Notes: a model not told the origin generated them from the sequence alone. Shown: positions 35,516 to 48,470, numbered from the whole stretch's first letter. The stretch: DNA of 63,862 nt, filler included, from Olpidium bornovanus S191 (GCA_017911155.1; 30 parts of 30 records of this genome joined end to end with filler, not necessarily neighbours in it), one strand, 5' to 3'. Numbers and translations: made by a program.

Positions 35516-38500
35516 GGTATGCGCGGGCAGGGATTGGTGGGGGTTGCGGGGAAGGGGGATTTTTTCTTGCGTTATCTGTTTGTTTGTCCGTTCGTTCGTT
35601 TCCGCGCGCCTCATTTCTGTTTCTCCTCCTCCTCCCACCCTCTTCCTCCCTCCCCGGTGCCCTTGTTGTTTAATACTTGTACAATCCGCAGAAATACAAA
35701 AAGTAAATAAAAATACCGCGGTGGATGGCCCCACGCCCACGTTCCCCTCCCCGTCCCCCCCCCCCCCCCCCCCTCCCACCGTCCCCTCTTTCTGCCCCAC
35801 CTTCTCCTCTTCCCACTAAAAAGCAAAAGAACACATACACTATATAGCCTTCGTCCTTTTCTCTTTTTTTTTTACCCCCCGCAAAAGCTGATTTTTTTGT
35901 TTTTCTTTTTTTCTACCGCGTAACCGCGGAGTGCGGGCGGCCTTTGCGCAATAAAACCTCGGGCGCCGCCTCGCCTGCCCGCGCGCCCCGCACGTTCATT
36001 TTTTTCGCGGGACGGGCTTCTCTGATCCCGAGTTGTTTTTACACGTCGAGAAATGGGGAAGGAGGGGATCAGGATAGCTTTCACGCCCTCCCGCCCCCCC
36101 CCCCATTCTCGACAGCAGACCGCGCACAAAAGGGTGATATTCGTTGAACGCGCATGAGATCGACGGAATTTCGAATAGGGAGAGTCGGCCGCGGGGCGAG
36201 TAATCCGGCCCGCACGGCTTCTTCCGGAGGGGCGTTGCGAATAATCTTGGTTTCTTTTTGCCTCGTCCAACAAAAAGGGAATGTCAGCCGACAACAACAA
36301 CAAAAAAAAAAAAAAAAAAAAGATGCCCCCCACGTTTTTCCTCAAATTGGCCGAAAACGGCCGCCCGGCCACAGAAATGGAGCCCACGACGGGGCCCGAC
36401 CACCGCAAAACGGCGTCTCCCTTGCGGCCGGCACTAGATGCCAGCAAAACATGGCGAGCCCTCGACTGGTACCAGCAACATTTATTTACATCGCGGCGAA
36501 CTATTCCTAATAACCGCGGCCGCGGCCGCCTCCGCGAGAGCCGCCTCCTCGAGGGGCACCCCTGCCCCGCNNNNNNNNNNNNNNNNNNNNNNNNNNNNNN
36601 NNNNNNNNNNNNNNTTAATTAATTAANNNNNNNNNNNNNNNNNNNNNNNNNNNNNNNNNNNNNNNNNNNNCTGTTTTTGGAACACAGCAAGACCGGCGAA
36701 TTCGGTAAGTTGGCATTGTTAGTTTTGGGCGAGGGTGTTGCGCCTTTCTGATCAACTGGAGCCTTCTTAGGTCTTGCTTTTGTGGGCATGCCGTCTGCCA
36801 GAAGGAAAAAGATGCGCCAATTCTGATCAAAACAATCCGAGATGTCCTTGTGCCGAACGCAAACTACTGTTTCACCCGCGAATAACAAAAAAAATATTGC
36901 CCGCTGCAAGTTTTGCGAGGGGAGGAAAAGAATGGGGGAGGGGGAAGATTTTGTATAGCGGAAATGGGGGAGGGGTGAGTGACTTGGGGGGGGGGGGCCG
37001 GGGGGTAGAGAAAAGGGGGCCCCTGGCACGACTAGACACCACGCACACCGATCCTCCCCACTTTGTTTCTTTCGCCCGTGCAGTTTCCTAGGGGACCGCC
37101 ATATATATAAAACAGGCCTGACCGTAAGCCAACATAGCCCCAAAGCAAAAAACAACGAAAAGTTCTCCGTACGCCTTGCTCGTCTCCTTTTTTTTATTTT
37201 TTTATTATTATTTTTTTTTTTTGGCGCCTCCGTGTTTTCGCCCGCCTGCTGCTCGAAATACAAGTCGAGGGTCACCGAAAGCGATACGGTCGCATCACGC
37301 CGAGCAGTTCCACTACAGATCATAACCTACGCGAAACGCTACGCGGACGGCGGGGTGCGGCTTTGCTCGACCGCACTTCTCTCTCCTTTTTTTTTTTTTT
37401 TTTTTTTTTTTTTCCCTTGCCCGAAAATTACCTCCGGGTCCGCTCGCATACTGCGCAATTTCCTTTGAATTGAATCTTCCCCCCCCCCACCTCCCGCCTT
37501 CATCCCACTTTCAGGTTCCTCATGGTTCGCAGCCACGTTATGTGAGCCCCGGACCAAAAGAAAGAAAAAAAAACCCCCCCCACAACGACCCGCGCGCCCC
37601 GGAAGAGGTCTCGGGCGACGAGGCTTGCCCCCCCCCCTCCCTTCCTGCGTGGAGCTTCCCGGCACTGACAGAACCCGAATATGTAAAAAAATGCGTCGCG
37701 TCCTGTTTCACCACGCGGGTTTGGACCGCCGCCGTCCAAGGGTGTTTCCGGGGGGAAGCGACAAAAAAAAAAAAGGANNNNNNNNNNNNNNNNNNNNNNN
37801 NNNNNNNNNNNNNNNNNNNNNTTAATTAATTAANNNNNNNNNNNNNNNNNNNNNNNNNNNNNNNNNNNNNNNNNNNNCATGACAACAACTGGCAGAGAGT
37901 CATAAAGATCACATTGATGCCAAATTGTGAGATTACCTTAAAGAAGTCGATATAAAGTTTTGTGAAAGATGCTGACTTTTGTCAATTAGTGATTGTGACC
38001 AACCGGCGATTGTGGAGATTTTCTGGACGGTGTTAATATTGTCAAAATTTTTTCCATCAGACCGGCCTGTAGATCAGCATCGGCTGTGTCTGTATCATGG
38101 ACAGCAAGGGCCCAAAACAGCCATCAGGGTCAGGCCCAACAGGCGGCACTAGGCCTTGGGCGACAGAGACGATGGGAACACGGACAGCGTAGATTGACCC
38201 ATCTATCATTGCCCCAATGGTTGGCTCTCCCATTCACCCCCGGTTTGAGAATGAACAAAAACGCAAAAGCCTCTCAACAGGTTAACGAGGCCAAGGACAG
38301 CCCAGCAGGATTCTTGAAGCATCGAACTGCACAGACGCATCCCTCACGGATAAGTACTCTCCCCTCCCTTTTCGTGTCGATGCGCGAGGTCGCAGGCTCC
38401 GGTTCTGCAGCGGCGGCGGGGCAACCTGCGAAAGGAAAGAACAAGACGTCGGCGACGTCCTCGTCTTTGGTTGGCTTGACGAAGTATACGGAGCCTAATG

Positions 38501-38788
38501 AATCCCGGGGCCGAAAAGGGGGGAATTGGCTCGCGAGAGCTGGGGCTTTCTCTTGTCCCGCCCGACTCCACCCCGGGTTCATTACAGCGGAGGGATTTTC
38601 GTTCATCCGTTCGTTCATTCCTTCCTTTCAGGAGGCGTGGATTCCGGAGGGTTGGGTTCTTCCCAGGGGTTGTTTGGCACGTGCTCACTGCTGCGCCCTT
38701 TTCTCCTCCTTTCCCCTCCCGCCCCCTTCTTTTTCCTCGCGGCGCCCCAAACTGTCAACCGCAGCCGTGGCGCTCGTTGTGCACGGGC

Positions 38789-40081
38789 ATGGCAACCGGC
38801 CGCGCGGACGGACCGGGCGCCGCGCAGGCTGCGTCGCAGGGCGCGCCGAGCCTCGCCCATGCCCTCCAATCTGCGCAGAAGCTGCTCGGGAACGAAAGTC
38901 CCGGCGGCGCGGGTCCAGAGAAACGTGGCCTTGCGGCGCTGCTGGCGCGCCGCCTGCTCGATGCTGGGTTCGTCGAAGAGGAGAGCTACCTTTCGATTTC
39001 CGGCCAGCACGCCGTCAGGGGACGTTTTGCGTTTGCGTGCCTGGCAGTCCTTGAGGTAGTTCACCGCGCGCTTGTGTCCGACGCCACGGCGCACCTTGGG
39101 GTACGCGACTTACGAACGGTCCGCGGGCTGTTGGAAGTCGTCGTCGCGTGGGGCTTATTGCCGCACTTCTTGCCGGCGGTCGGCGTATCACTCGCCAGGC
39201 GGGTTCGGAGCGGGAACTCTGCAGTGATGGCGGGACAGCCGCTTTTTGATCCTTTGCGAGACGAATCTGCCCGATTGTGCGATCTGGACGCTTCGATTTC
39301 CTCTGGACGGCTCTATCAAGTGTTGTCCGTCATCATGGGCTGGGTCTCCTCAGCCGCTTCGAGACGCGGACTTTCTGATATTGTCTGTACGAAGTATCTC
39401 GCAGACCTCTTTGCCGGCCTAGCACAGCTTAGTTACGGACCACCTACATGTTCGTATTGCGACGAGCCAGGGAAGGTTGACAGAGACTTGGAACCAGGTG
39501 TAGCCGACGCAGGAACGGATAATCTGCCGGTAAAGCTTTTCCGAATTATGGGAGCAGCTCACTATCCTGACGTCGGACCAGCGGAACGAGATCAGGCAAA
39601 AAATTGGCTTAAGACCCTCTTCGCCTTGTACGTTCCGTTACTTTAATCTGTTACCTGTTGGATTTATTGTTAATTCGACTCAATGCTGGTTACAATTTGT
39701 GATAATCCCCGTGATAATCCAGGTCAGATCCGTTCAGGTCTATGGACGCGTTGGTGACTCTCATGTCTGCTGCCAGCACACCCCCGAAATCCACGCAATC
39801 AAACTCTCTGGGCGAATCCTGGATGAAATCATTCTGCGGGACTTTCCTTTCCCAAATAGCTCTTCGGCCTGGCGGCGTTCGTGTTATTTTGGATTACATG
39901 GTGGACGAGCAGGAAGCAGTGGGTGCGGGTAGGTGTGTTGCAGTTGGTCGGCAATTTGTGGGTGAATTATTTCGTTTCCTGATTACGCCGTGGGGTCTTA
40001 TGCCCAGATTTGTCGCTCAATCAGTTAGAGTGTATTACTCGACTGTTGCTGTCGGTTCCCAAGCAGGCTAAAACCGCCGAA
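38789..40081 (+). CDS. TANGO6: TANGO6/Rtp1 (RNA polymerase II assembly factor), N-terminal exons
   Basis: LGVRDLRTVRGLLEVVVAWGLLPHFLPAVGVSLARR, YLADLFAGLAQLSYGP, WMKSFCGTFLSQIALRPGGVRVIL and LECITRLLLSVPKQ. Confidence 0.82.
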
Positions 40082-40338
40082 GTAAGTTTCTGGGTGTGAT
40101 CTAGCCTCATGNNNNNNNNNNNNNNNNNNNNNNNNNNNNNNNNNNNNNNNNNNNNTTAATTAATTAANNNNNNNNNNNNNNNNNNNNNNNNNNNNNNNNN
40201 NNNNNNNNNNNAAAGCCACGCACCAAATGCAGTCCTTCTGTTCACCTTCCGCCCTCCGTCTCCCTCTCGACTTCAGCATGTTCCCGGCTCCATAATTTGC
40301 ACGCGCCAGACATTGATTTTTTTTTTTTCTTTTGCGCC

Positions 40339-40370
<32 letters not shown>

Positions 40371-40507
40371 CCGGGGCGCGCGCGCGCCTCCTTCTCGTCC
40401 GTCGTGCTACTCTCTCTCTCTCTCTTTCTCCGCGCGAGAAGGAGGGAGAGAGAGAGAAAGAGCAAACTCTCTCTGCGGGCCGCCCTCTGGGGTCACACCG
40501 CGCGCGC

Positions 40508-40641
40508 TCTCTCTCTCTCTCTCTCTCTCGCTCTCTCTCTCGCTCTCTCTCTCGCTCCCTCTCTCGCTCCCTCTCTCGCTCTCTCTCTCGCTCTCTCTCT
40601 CGCTCTCTCTCTCGCTCTCTCTCTCGCTCCCTCTCGCTCTC
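40508..40641. repeat. (CT)n / (CTCTCTCTCG)n microsatellite
   Basis: CT run punctuated by G about every 10 nt. Confidence 0.9.
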
Positions 40642-40671
40642 TATCGACCGCATGTCCACGGCCGCCTCAAG

Positions 40672-42099
40672 ATGAAGACGGCACAAAAGACGCTGAAGCC
40701 GCCCGTGCTGCTCGACACCCTCCCGGTGGTCACCCTGGCTTCGGGCGGGGCGCTGTCGCCCGCCCTGTCGCCCGGCTTGGAAAGGCGCCGCCCGCCCGCC
40801 CAGGCGGCACAGCAGCACCAGCAGCGCCCGCTCCAGCACCAGCACCAGCTCCAGCACGAGCACGAGCACGAGCACCAGCGCCAGCTCCTGCACCAGCACC
40901 AGCACCAGCATCAGCACCAGCACCAGCACCAACTCCAGCACCAGCAGCGGCTGCTGCAGCCCGACGACGGCGACCGCCGCTACCACCACCACCACCACCA
41001 CCACCACCACGACGTCGACCCGGCAGGCGGACATACCCACGACGACGGTATGCGTTTTCCGCCAACTTGGCCGGCCGGCAGGCTGCTCTGTGTTTCCAGC
41101 GCAACTCGAGCTGCCGTCCAGCCGGCGGTGCGCTTTTTTCCGCAGTTTACCAGAAGCTCAAAAACAACCCCCCCCCCCGCTTTTGCCGCGCAGACTCGCA
41201 CGACCACCACCGCCACTTCCACGATCACCATCACGGCCACGACTATCCCCACAGCCACGAGGGTCATTCCCATGGCGACCACCAGGACCATCACCACCAT
41301 CACCACGATCACGGTGTGTTTTGCCGGTCTAGATGGTGCCCAGATGTCTCCCGCGCACCAGGCCCCCTACTGAGCCCTCCGCTTCCGCAGGCAGTGCGTT
41401 CGCGTCCGCGTTGCCGTCCCTGAGGACCGTCACGCGGAACCTGTCGAAAGCAGAGGAGCGGCAATTGCAATGGGTGGCGTTCCACTCGTGCCTCGGGATC
41501 GCGACGTTTTTGTACGGTCACGGAATTGAGAGTCTAGGTGGGGGCAAGAGGCGTGGTGCGGCCAAACGGGGGAGGGGAGAAACAGGGCGTGCCCCCGCAC
41601 GTCCGACGGGCTGTGGCTAACGGGCTTATTCCTTTTCCCTCGCACTCCCCCACCGCCGCACCCCCCTTCTCCGCATTATGCAGTACTTGTGGGAGTTGGA
41701 TACCTGCAGATTTACGATGCGCTTGGCGTGCTCAATGGATTGATTTCGAACGTGGTCCGTTCTCATTCGGAGTTAAAATGCCCTAGCGTCGGGTTGCCGT
41801 ACAGGGGCGTTATGATGCCCGCTGCGGTCGTTGACTGGTTTTGGAGTCCTTTTGGTCCAGGCTCCCCAGGCGAAGCACCAGCGCAACAATCTTTTTTTTT
41901 CTGCTTTGATGCTTCTTCCTCATTGTGTCGTCGCGCGTGGGGGAAAATTCTGGTCATGTTGGCGCAGTGCGCGGAGATTCGAGGTTCTCTTCGCATTCGG
42001 CACCTCAATCTATCTGTTTTTCTCGGCAATGTACATGTGCAAGGAGGGCTTGGAGCACATAGTTATACCTCATCACCGAGACGACAACCATAGCAGCAA
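40672..42099 (+). CDS. Cation-diffusion-facilitator zinc transporter (Zrg17/ZnT6-like) with a His-rich N-terminus, 3' partial
   Basis: Phase-consistent exons 40672-41047 / 41194-41313 / 41390-...; later exons GYLQIYDALG and RFEVLFAFGTSIYLFFSAMYMCKEGLEH match the CDF TM2-TM4 pattern. Confidence 0.75.
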
Positions 42100-42254
42100 G
42101 TGGGTGGGATTAATCGGTGGCGGCCGGGAAATCGGAAATAACTGGCCTACTAATNNNNNNNNNNNNNNNNNNNNNNNNNNNNNNNNNNNNNNNNNNNNTT
42201 AATTAATTAANNNNNNNNNNNNNNNNNNNNNNNNNNNNNNNNNNNNNNNNNNNN

Positions 42255-43107
42255 CCAGATGCTTGGTCGCAAGGGAGTAATCGGCCTAGTAACAGGAGCC
42301 CTGGTTATAAGTGAACAATTGCACAGGAGTTCAAAATGCACCTGCATTCTGTAGAAGAGGCCTGTCTCATCCATGTTATAGATGTCCGCAAGCTTGTACT
42401 TGTCCAGGACCTCTCGAATCTTGGGCCTTGCATTCTCAATCATCTCCACGTTAACAGATCCGCTCTCTCCAAAGCGGCACTATGAACGGATCCCGTGGCA
42501 TGTCTTGAATGGCTCGAGCCAGCTGCTGAAGGGTACTTTACAGTGCGCTGGCGTTTCTGGCTGAGGTTGACGTTGTCTGTCATTTGGAGCAGCTCAGCAG
42601 AGCGCTTGAGGGTGCCTGAAATGCTTGACCGGACAACTATCGTGTTGTGTTCTTTCTCAAGCCATGCCGCGAGTTCTTTTTGCGTGACTTTGTGGTTGTC
42701 CCTTTTGTAGCGGCATAGAGCAATGCGGACCTCATCCGACATTGTCGTGTTGCTGAACGCCGCGCTGCGGCATCTTTTGGATGTGTTGTGGTGGTGGTGG
42801 GGTGTGTTGGTTGTGGCACGGATGTCAGTATGTTTGGTTCTGGGTTGTGTTTCCAGTGTGGGTTGGAGTCGCTGCGGTTGGCTTTAGGACTCCAGTGTGG
42901 TGCGTGATTGCGGTTCTGGCTCGCTTAGCTCCTCCTATTCACTGTTCCTAAGTAATCAAAGTCATGGTGTCGCCGCGCAAAAGCCACAACATATGGCTGC
43001 TTGCGACGCAGTTGCTGCGGAACCGGCTTTAACTGATAGCCTCTATTAACCGACAAACGCCCCTCCGGTCCCAAGGATATGTCAGTTTAGGCAGGTTCTG
43101 CTTGCTG
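42255..43107 (-). mobile_element. 5' part of a decayed pogo/Tigger (CENP-B-like) DNA transposon
   Basis: CENP-B-type HTH (RIALCRYKRD..KVTQKELAAWL..EHN..V.RSSISGTLK), FGESGSV and IYNMDETGLFYRM. Internal deletion, frameshift and a TAG. Terminus TA|CAG...AGAACC at 43107-43109. Confidence 0.88.
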
Positions 43108-43545
43108 TAGTAGAGGTTCCCCGCAGGAGCTGCGCGCGCGGTTCTCTCGCCCCTTAGGGTTAGCGCGGTTCTCTCGCCCTTTTTTTTTCCAACAAGGGGG
43201 GCGGGGGGGAAAGGGAGGAGGAGGGAGGAAAAATGCGCTTCAAATTCCGAAAGCGCAACCCGCGCGCCCCCGAGAGAGACGGCGGCAGGCGGCGACGCCC
43301 GGAGCCCTCTCGCGCCCAAGGCCCTCGCTGCCCCCGCTGCCCCCGCTGCCCCCGCTGCCCCCGCTGCCACCGCCCCCCGCCGGCAGCAGTTCCCGGAGAG
43401 CGCCTCCTGCGCCGCGCCGCCGGCGTGCCCGCGCGAGGAGGAGGAGGACGAGCCTGCCCCGCAGCGCGCGCGCGCGCGCGAGCACGCACACCCGTCGCCG
43501 GCGTTTCCGCGCCGCCGCCCCTTTCCCACCCGGACCCTCGCTCAC

Positions 43546-44925
43546 ATGTTGTCCGCCGCCGCCCGGCCGCCGCCCGCGGCCGCCCGCGGCATCGGCGGCG
43601 ACGACCGGATAATCGTGCGCGACCTCTTCGTGCGCACGGTGATCGGGGTGGACGCGTGGGAGCGCTGGAAGGAGCAGCCGGTGAAGGTCACGGTGACGCT
43701 GCACACGGACATCGGCCGCGTGGGCGCGACCGACCTGCTGGCGAACACCGTCAACTACGGGACCGTCGCCAAGTCCGTGACGGCCTTCTCGGAGAGCGCC
43801 AAGCACACGAGCCTCGAGGCCCTGGCGGGCGGCATCGCGCGGTCCCTCCTGGACGGCTTCCCGCCCGCGGCGAAGGCCGTCGTCAGGGTTGAGAGGCCGA
43901 AGTCCCTCCTGCACGCCCGCACGTCCGGCGTCGAAATCACTAGGACCCGCGCGTACACGGAGCGCCGGAGGGCCCTCCTCCGCGCCGCGGCGGCGCGCGG
44001 CGGAGAGGGGGAGGACGACGACAACGACGACGAGGAAGGGGACGTGGTTGAGGCGGCGGCCGCGGATGCCGCGGGCGGCGGCCCGGCCGACCTGCGGGCG
44101 CGCTTCCCGGAAGACGAACGGTACACGGTGCACGTCGGCGACCTCCGGGTCAACGCCATCATCGGCGTGAACCCCTGGGAGCGCATGGAGAGGCAGGCGG
44201 TGGTGCTGAACCTGACGGTGCGCCGCCGCAGCCGCGGCTGCGGCGGCGGGGTCGACGCGGACCGCGCGGCGCCGTACAGCTACCGCACCATGGTCCGGCG
44301 GATCAGCGAGTTCGTCGAGGCGTCCAGCTACAAGACCGTCGAGGCCCTGACGACCGCCGTGGCGCGGATCGCGGTCGAGGAGTGCAACGTCGAGGAGATC
44401 ACCGTGCGCGTCGAGAAGCCCAGCGCGCTGGCGTTCGCCGAGGCCGCCGGCGTGGAGATCACCCGCACCCGCAGGTTCTTCGAGGACATGGACAACTCCG
44501 AGGTAGAGGAGGAGATCAGGCACGGCCCGGCTTCGCGCCACGTCGAGCCGCCCTCCGCCGTTGCCGCCGTCCGGGTCCCCGCTGTTCCCGGGACCCCGCG
44601 GCCTCCTCCGGCCCCTTCCCCGCGCGGCCCGGCGGACCCCGCCGGCAGATCCCCGTCCTCCCTCGCGTCGCCGTCGTCGCCGCCGTCGTCCGCGGGCGGT
44701 CGCCACGTCGCTTTCGTGGCCCTGGGAAGCAACCTGGGCGTCCTCCACGCGAACATCTTCGAGGCCTTGAGGAGGCTGGAAGCGCCCGAGCCGCCGTCGT
44801 CGCGCGGCCAGCCCGGGTCGCCGTCGGCCGCCGCCCGATGTTCCGTTCTGGACACCTCCTTCCTCTACCAGACGACGCCGATGTACGTCGAGGAACAGCC
44901 GGCCTTTCTGAACGCGGCGTGCAAG
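43546..44925 (+). CDS. FOL1: Multifunctional folate synthesis protein (DHNA-DHNA-HPPK; DHPS part not in the contig), 3' partial
   Basis: Two dihydroneopterin aldolase domains (IGVDAWER..EQPV; IIGVNPWERMERQAVVLNL...VEKPSAL..A.AAGVEITR), then the HPPK start FVALGSNLG...DTSFLYQTTPMYVEEQPAFLNAAC. Confidence 0.96.
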
Positions 44926-45332
44926 GTAACAAAACCTGTTCGCCCGCCACCTTCCACCCCTTCCCCTCCCCAACCCCTACCCGCCTCCGTATTTTCTTCG
45001 ACAAAAGCAAACTCGCGGGTTTTATTCTCGAGCCGCGAGGGGAGGAAAAAGACGGGAAAGGCAAAAAGCGAAAAACAACTGGTTGTTCACAGCAGCTTTT
45101 TGCTTTTTTTCCAAAACGGGACATTTCCTTTCCCCCCGCGGCACCCTCCCCCCCCCCCCCCCCCTTTTTTTTTTTTTGCTCCGCACCGCCCCGCCCGCCC
45201 CGCGAGCGCGCCCCCGCCCCGCGCCGGGCAACNNNNNNNNNNNNNNNNNNNNNNNNNNNNNNNNNNNNNNNNNNNNTTAATTAATTAANNNNNNNNNNNN
45301 NNNNNNNNNNNNNNNNNNNNNNNNNNNNNNNN

Positions 45333-45731
45333 ATAAAAAAACAAACATTTGGTTTTGGAAACAAACCGCCCCTTTGGGCGAGAGGGGGGGCACAAACCAC
45401 CCTTTGGGAAAGAGGGGGCCCGGCCCTTCCTTTCCCCCCCCCCCCCACCCCCCCCGCATCCCCCCTCGTCCTCCCGAAACCCGAAAATAACTCGGGTTGA
45501 CGGGAGCGAAAAAAGCCTTTCCGCCTTAAGGTTTCGGTCGTCGCGCGACGTGCATTTTTTGTGAAATAGGAAGGTTATATAAAGTTATGCGGCACTCTCT
45601 CCGAAGGAAGTGAGTGCCAGATAAAAAAACAAACATTTGGTTTTGGAAACAAACCGCCCCTTTGGGCGAGAGGGGGGGCACAAACCACCCTTTGGGAAAG
45701 AGGGGGCCCGGCCCTTCCTTTCCCCCCCCCC
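45333..45731 (+). repeat. ~110-bp direct repeat, copies at 45333-~45440 and 45621-~45731
   Basis: Exact match from ATAAAAAAACAAACATTTGG to CCTTCCTTTCCCCCCC; period 288 bp; the first copy starts exactly at the contig start. Confidence 0.9.
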
Positions 45732-45811
45732 TCCACCCCCTCCTTCCTTCGCCCCCGCGCGCGCCGTGTTTGCGTGTCGTGCGTTTTGTTTTTGTTTTTT
45801 TTTTTCTTTGT

Positions 45812-46689
45812 TCAGTCGACGATGTTCCACGTGCTCAGCCACTTGCGCCCCTTGAGCTGCAAAATCGGAAAGTTCATCCCGAAGGCGATCGGCGAGAACC
45901 ACCAGAAGACGGCGAAGACGACGGCCGCGGCGGTGCAGAACATGAGCTGGCGGCTCCGGTCCGACATCTGCAGCCGGCTGGCGGCGTGGTCCATCAGAAA
46001 CGGCACCATGATGACCGAGAAGTACAGGGCGGGGAAATAGCTGGCGGAAGAAGGAGTTAGTCTCGAGCAAAGAGGGGGAAAAAAATAAAGGTTGTCGAAA
46101 GAAAAAAACAGCCCTTACGACCTCCCGAAAACGGGCCGGGGGAAAACCGCCAAGTTACCGGCGTACTCACTGGTGCAAGTAGGTGACGCGTCCCATGATG
46201 CAGAACGGGATATAATGCAGAAGCCAGCCGGCCGCCAGAGTCTTCCCGACATAAATGAAGTGGCTCCACTCGTCTAGCAAGCCGGTGACAACACGCCGAA
46301 AATCAAGGGTGTGGCCCGCAAGTTGAATAAAAACGAAAACCGAAGACAAATGGGAGGTCACCCCCAAATACCTCTGTGCCAGTCCCTGTACTTCCGCTGC
46401 ATCCGCAACACGTAGTAGAGGAGAAGCCCCGCGAACGCGATGAGCGAGGTGGAAGCGCTCCACCACACGGCGGGACTTCCGAGCAGATAGTATTTGATGA
46501 CGTCGTCGGCCCAGCTGCACATCCGGAGGCCGACGAGGGCGAAGGGCCACTGCCAAGGGGAGGAAGTCAGGATATCGTCCTTGTCTTGGTCCGGAATGAG
46601 GGCGTTGTTCGAGGTCATCATGGCGACGTTGAGGTCAATGAAGTCCTTGAAAAATTTTGATTTGTACGTCGTCCGGTTGCCCGGAGGCA
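45812..46689 (-). CDS. PMT2: Dolichyl-phosphate-mannose:protein O-mannosyltransferase, PMT2 subfamily, C-terminal exons
   Basis: DFIDLNVAMMTSNNALIPD.DK.DILTSSPWQWP...GLRMCSW, YYLLGSPAVWW, GWLLHYIPF.IMGRVTYLH|HYFPALYF and KWLSTWNI*. Confidence 0.94.
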
Positions 46690-46839
46690 CTGCGCGGGCC
46701 AGGGCAACAAATAAAAATTAGTGCATCGGCAACCGAAAGNNNNNNNNNNNNNNNNNNNNNNNNNNNNNNNNNNNNNNNNNNNNTTAATTAATTAANNNNN
46801 NNNNNNNNNNNNNNNNNNNNNNNNNNNNNNNNNNNNNNN

Positions 46840-48321
46840 CAGAACCCGATGCAGCTTGGGCGGCTGCTTGCCCTGCAGAGCCAACGAGCGACACACCTCC
46901 GCCGATTGAGTTCGTAGATGACACGCCACTGTGTGTAGAGCCCTGCCCGAACCGCCACTGCTCGGAAGGTGCCAAAAAGGAAGCGGACCATGTTTCCTTG
47001 CTGATTACATTGCAGATGATGTCGGCGAGGAAGTTGTATTGAAGCAACGTCCGACCGGGGGGTGTCCGCGCCTTATGATAGTCGTAGACACGAGTTTGGA
47101 GAGCAGGAGCTAGCATAAACAGGAAGATATTGCATTCTGCAGTGTTGTCGATGCAGCCAGCCTCGCGGAACAACCGTTGGTACTGAGCACAGTACTCCCG
47201 GATGCTCCGCTGGTCCTTCTCTCTGAACTTCATTTCGCGAAGTTCCCGCAAGCGGGCTTGCTAAGCCGACGGGTGAATCAGAGTGCTGGCAATGGCGGTC
47301 TTGGCGAGGTTCCATATCAGGTGATCAGGGACCTCACGGTGGATCCAGTCTGCAAGGAGTGGTTCCAAGCAAAGCGGGAGAAGCTGACGCCAATGGTGAT
47401 CCAGGTTGAGGGCGTTTGCGGTCAGGTGACCTCGAAGCGGTCGAAAGATACGTAGAGGTCATCCGCCGGGTAGTTAAACCGTGGCATGTCCCGGGGGACA
47501 CGGTTATACACATGAGTCGCCTCAGAATAAGAAGAGCGAGTAGAGAGAAAAGCGTGGGAAGCATGCTCGGACTGAGAGTCGGTGTCAGGCGGCTGTTGGC
47601 TGCGAACATATTTCTCCAGAAGGTCCTTCTCGCGGGCCAGATCGCTCTCAGGGGGACGCAGGTCGGCACACGCGGTGTTGTCCATGGCCTTGGCGTCTTC
47701 GTTGACACCCTCACGGACGAGGCAGCAGACGGCTGCCTCCTGTCGTGCCTGCAGTGCAATGGCATCCTGAAGCTCACGGATAACGTGTTGCTGGTCCGTG
47801 ACAAAGTTGAAGTTGTCCTCCAGCTCCGGAAGGGCCGCCGGAGCGCTCTGGTCGCCAGACGCCGGCGGGGACGGCATGGACGCGTGTTCGTCGTGGGCGG
47901 CACGGCGCAGGAGCGGTTTAGGCTCAGGATGAGGGCTAGCTGGTTCAGCGAAGCTCCCTGAGAGGCGCCGTGAGTCGGTGGAGCCGGAGCTGGTTGCTAG
48001 CCGGAAAAACTCCAGATTTGATGGTTCGCTGCGCACGTGTCGCCTGAAGACGGGCCGTGCGGAGCTCCAGTAGACGTCCGGAGATGTCATCAAAGGCTGT
48101 GGAGCGTGAAGCAGGCTCGCCAAGGGGGTCAAGCGCTGTCCGGCAGGACACTGGGGATAATTCTCGGGATGGGATGGGTACATGGTGACGGCGGCGTTGC
48201 CGTCGTCGGTGTTCAAAGGGAAAATGAGAAGAAACCCCTGTAGTCCCTTTGGCACTGGATTTATTTGGAAAGATGTGGCTAGGATAGGTACAGATATCGC
48301 CGCAAGCACCACAGAACCCAT
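46840..48321 (-). mobile_element. Decayed Ty3/gypsy-type gag (capsid) region, 3' partial
   Basis: ORF 47422-48321 ends FDRFEVT; a shifted frame continues ANALNLDHHWRQLLPLCL...W...KTAI...PSA*QARLRELREMKF....SIREYCAQYQRLFREAG, which is retrotransposon-gag like. One frameshift and one TAG. Confidence 0.7.
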
Positions 48322-48470
48322 GAGCTCCTGGGCCCCCGAGCAGGGGACAAGAGGGCAGAGGGGCAGGCGGGCAGGGGATAAAGGGGTGCCGCCTTGAGCG
48401 GACCGAGATAAGGGAAGGAAGGCCCCGGCAGAGATGAGGAAAACATCGACAGGAAACGGTGGAGATCACG

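Noticed and set aside
36671-36895. Possible GAF-domain fragment (RSCFCGHAVCQKEKDAPILI)
   Set aside because: It depends on one assumed splice and a short motif, hits a stop soon after, and the opposite strand looks equally coding.
32536-47270. TAG stops in the integrase, pogo and gag relics as proof of RIP
   Set aside because: Single transitions can only create stops from CAA, CAG, CGA or TGG, so a CpA context is largely forced by the genetic code. Multi-copy alignments are needed.
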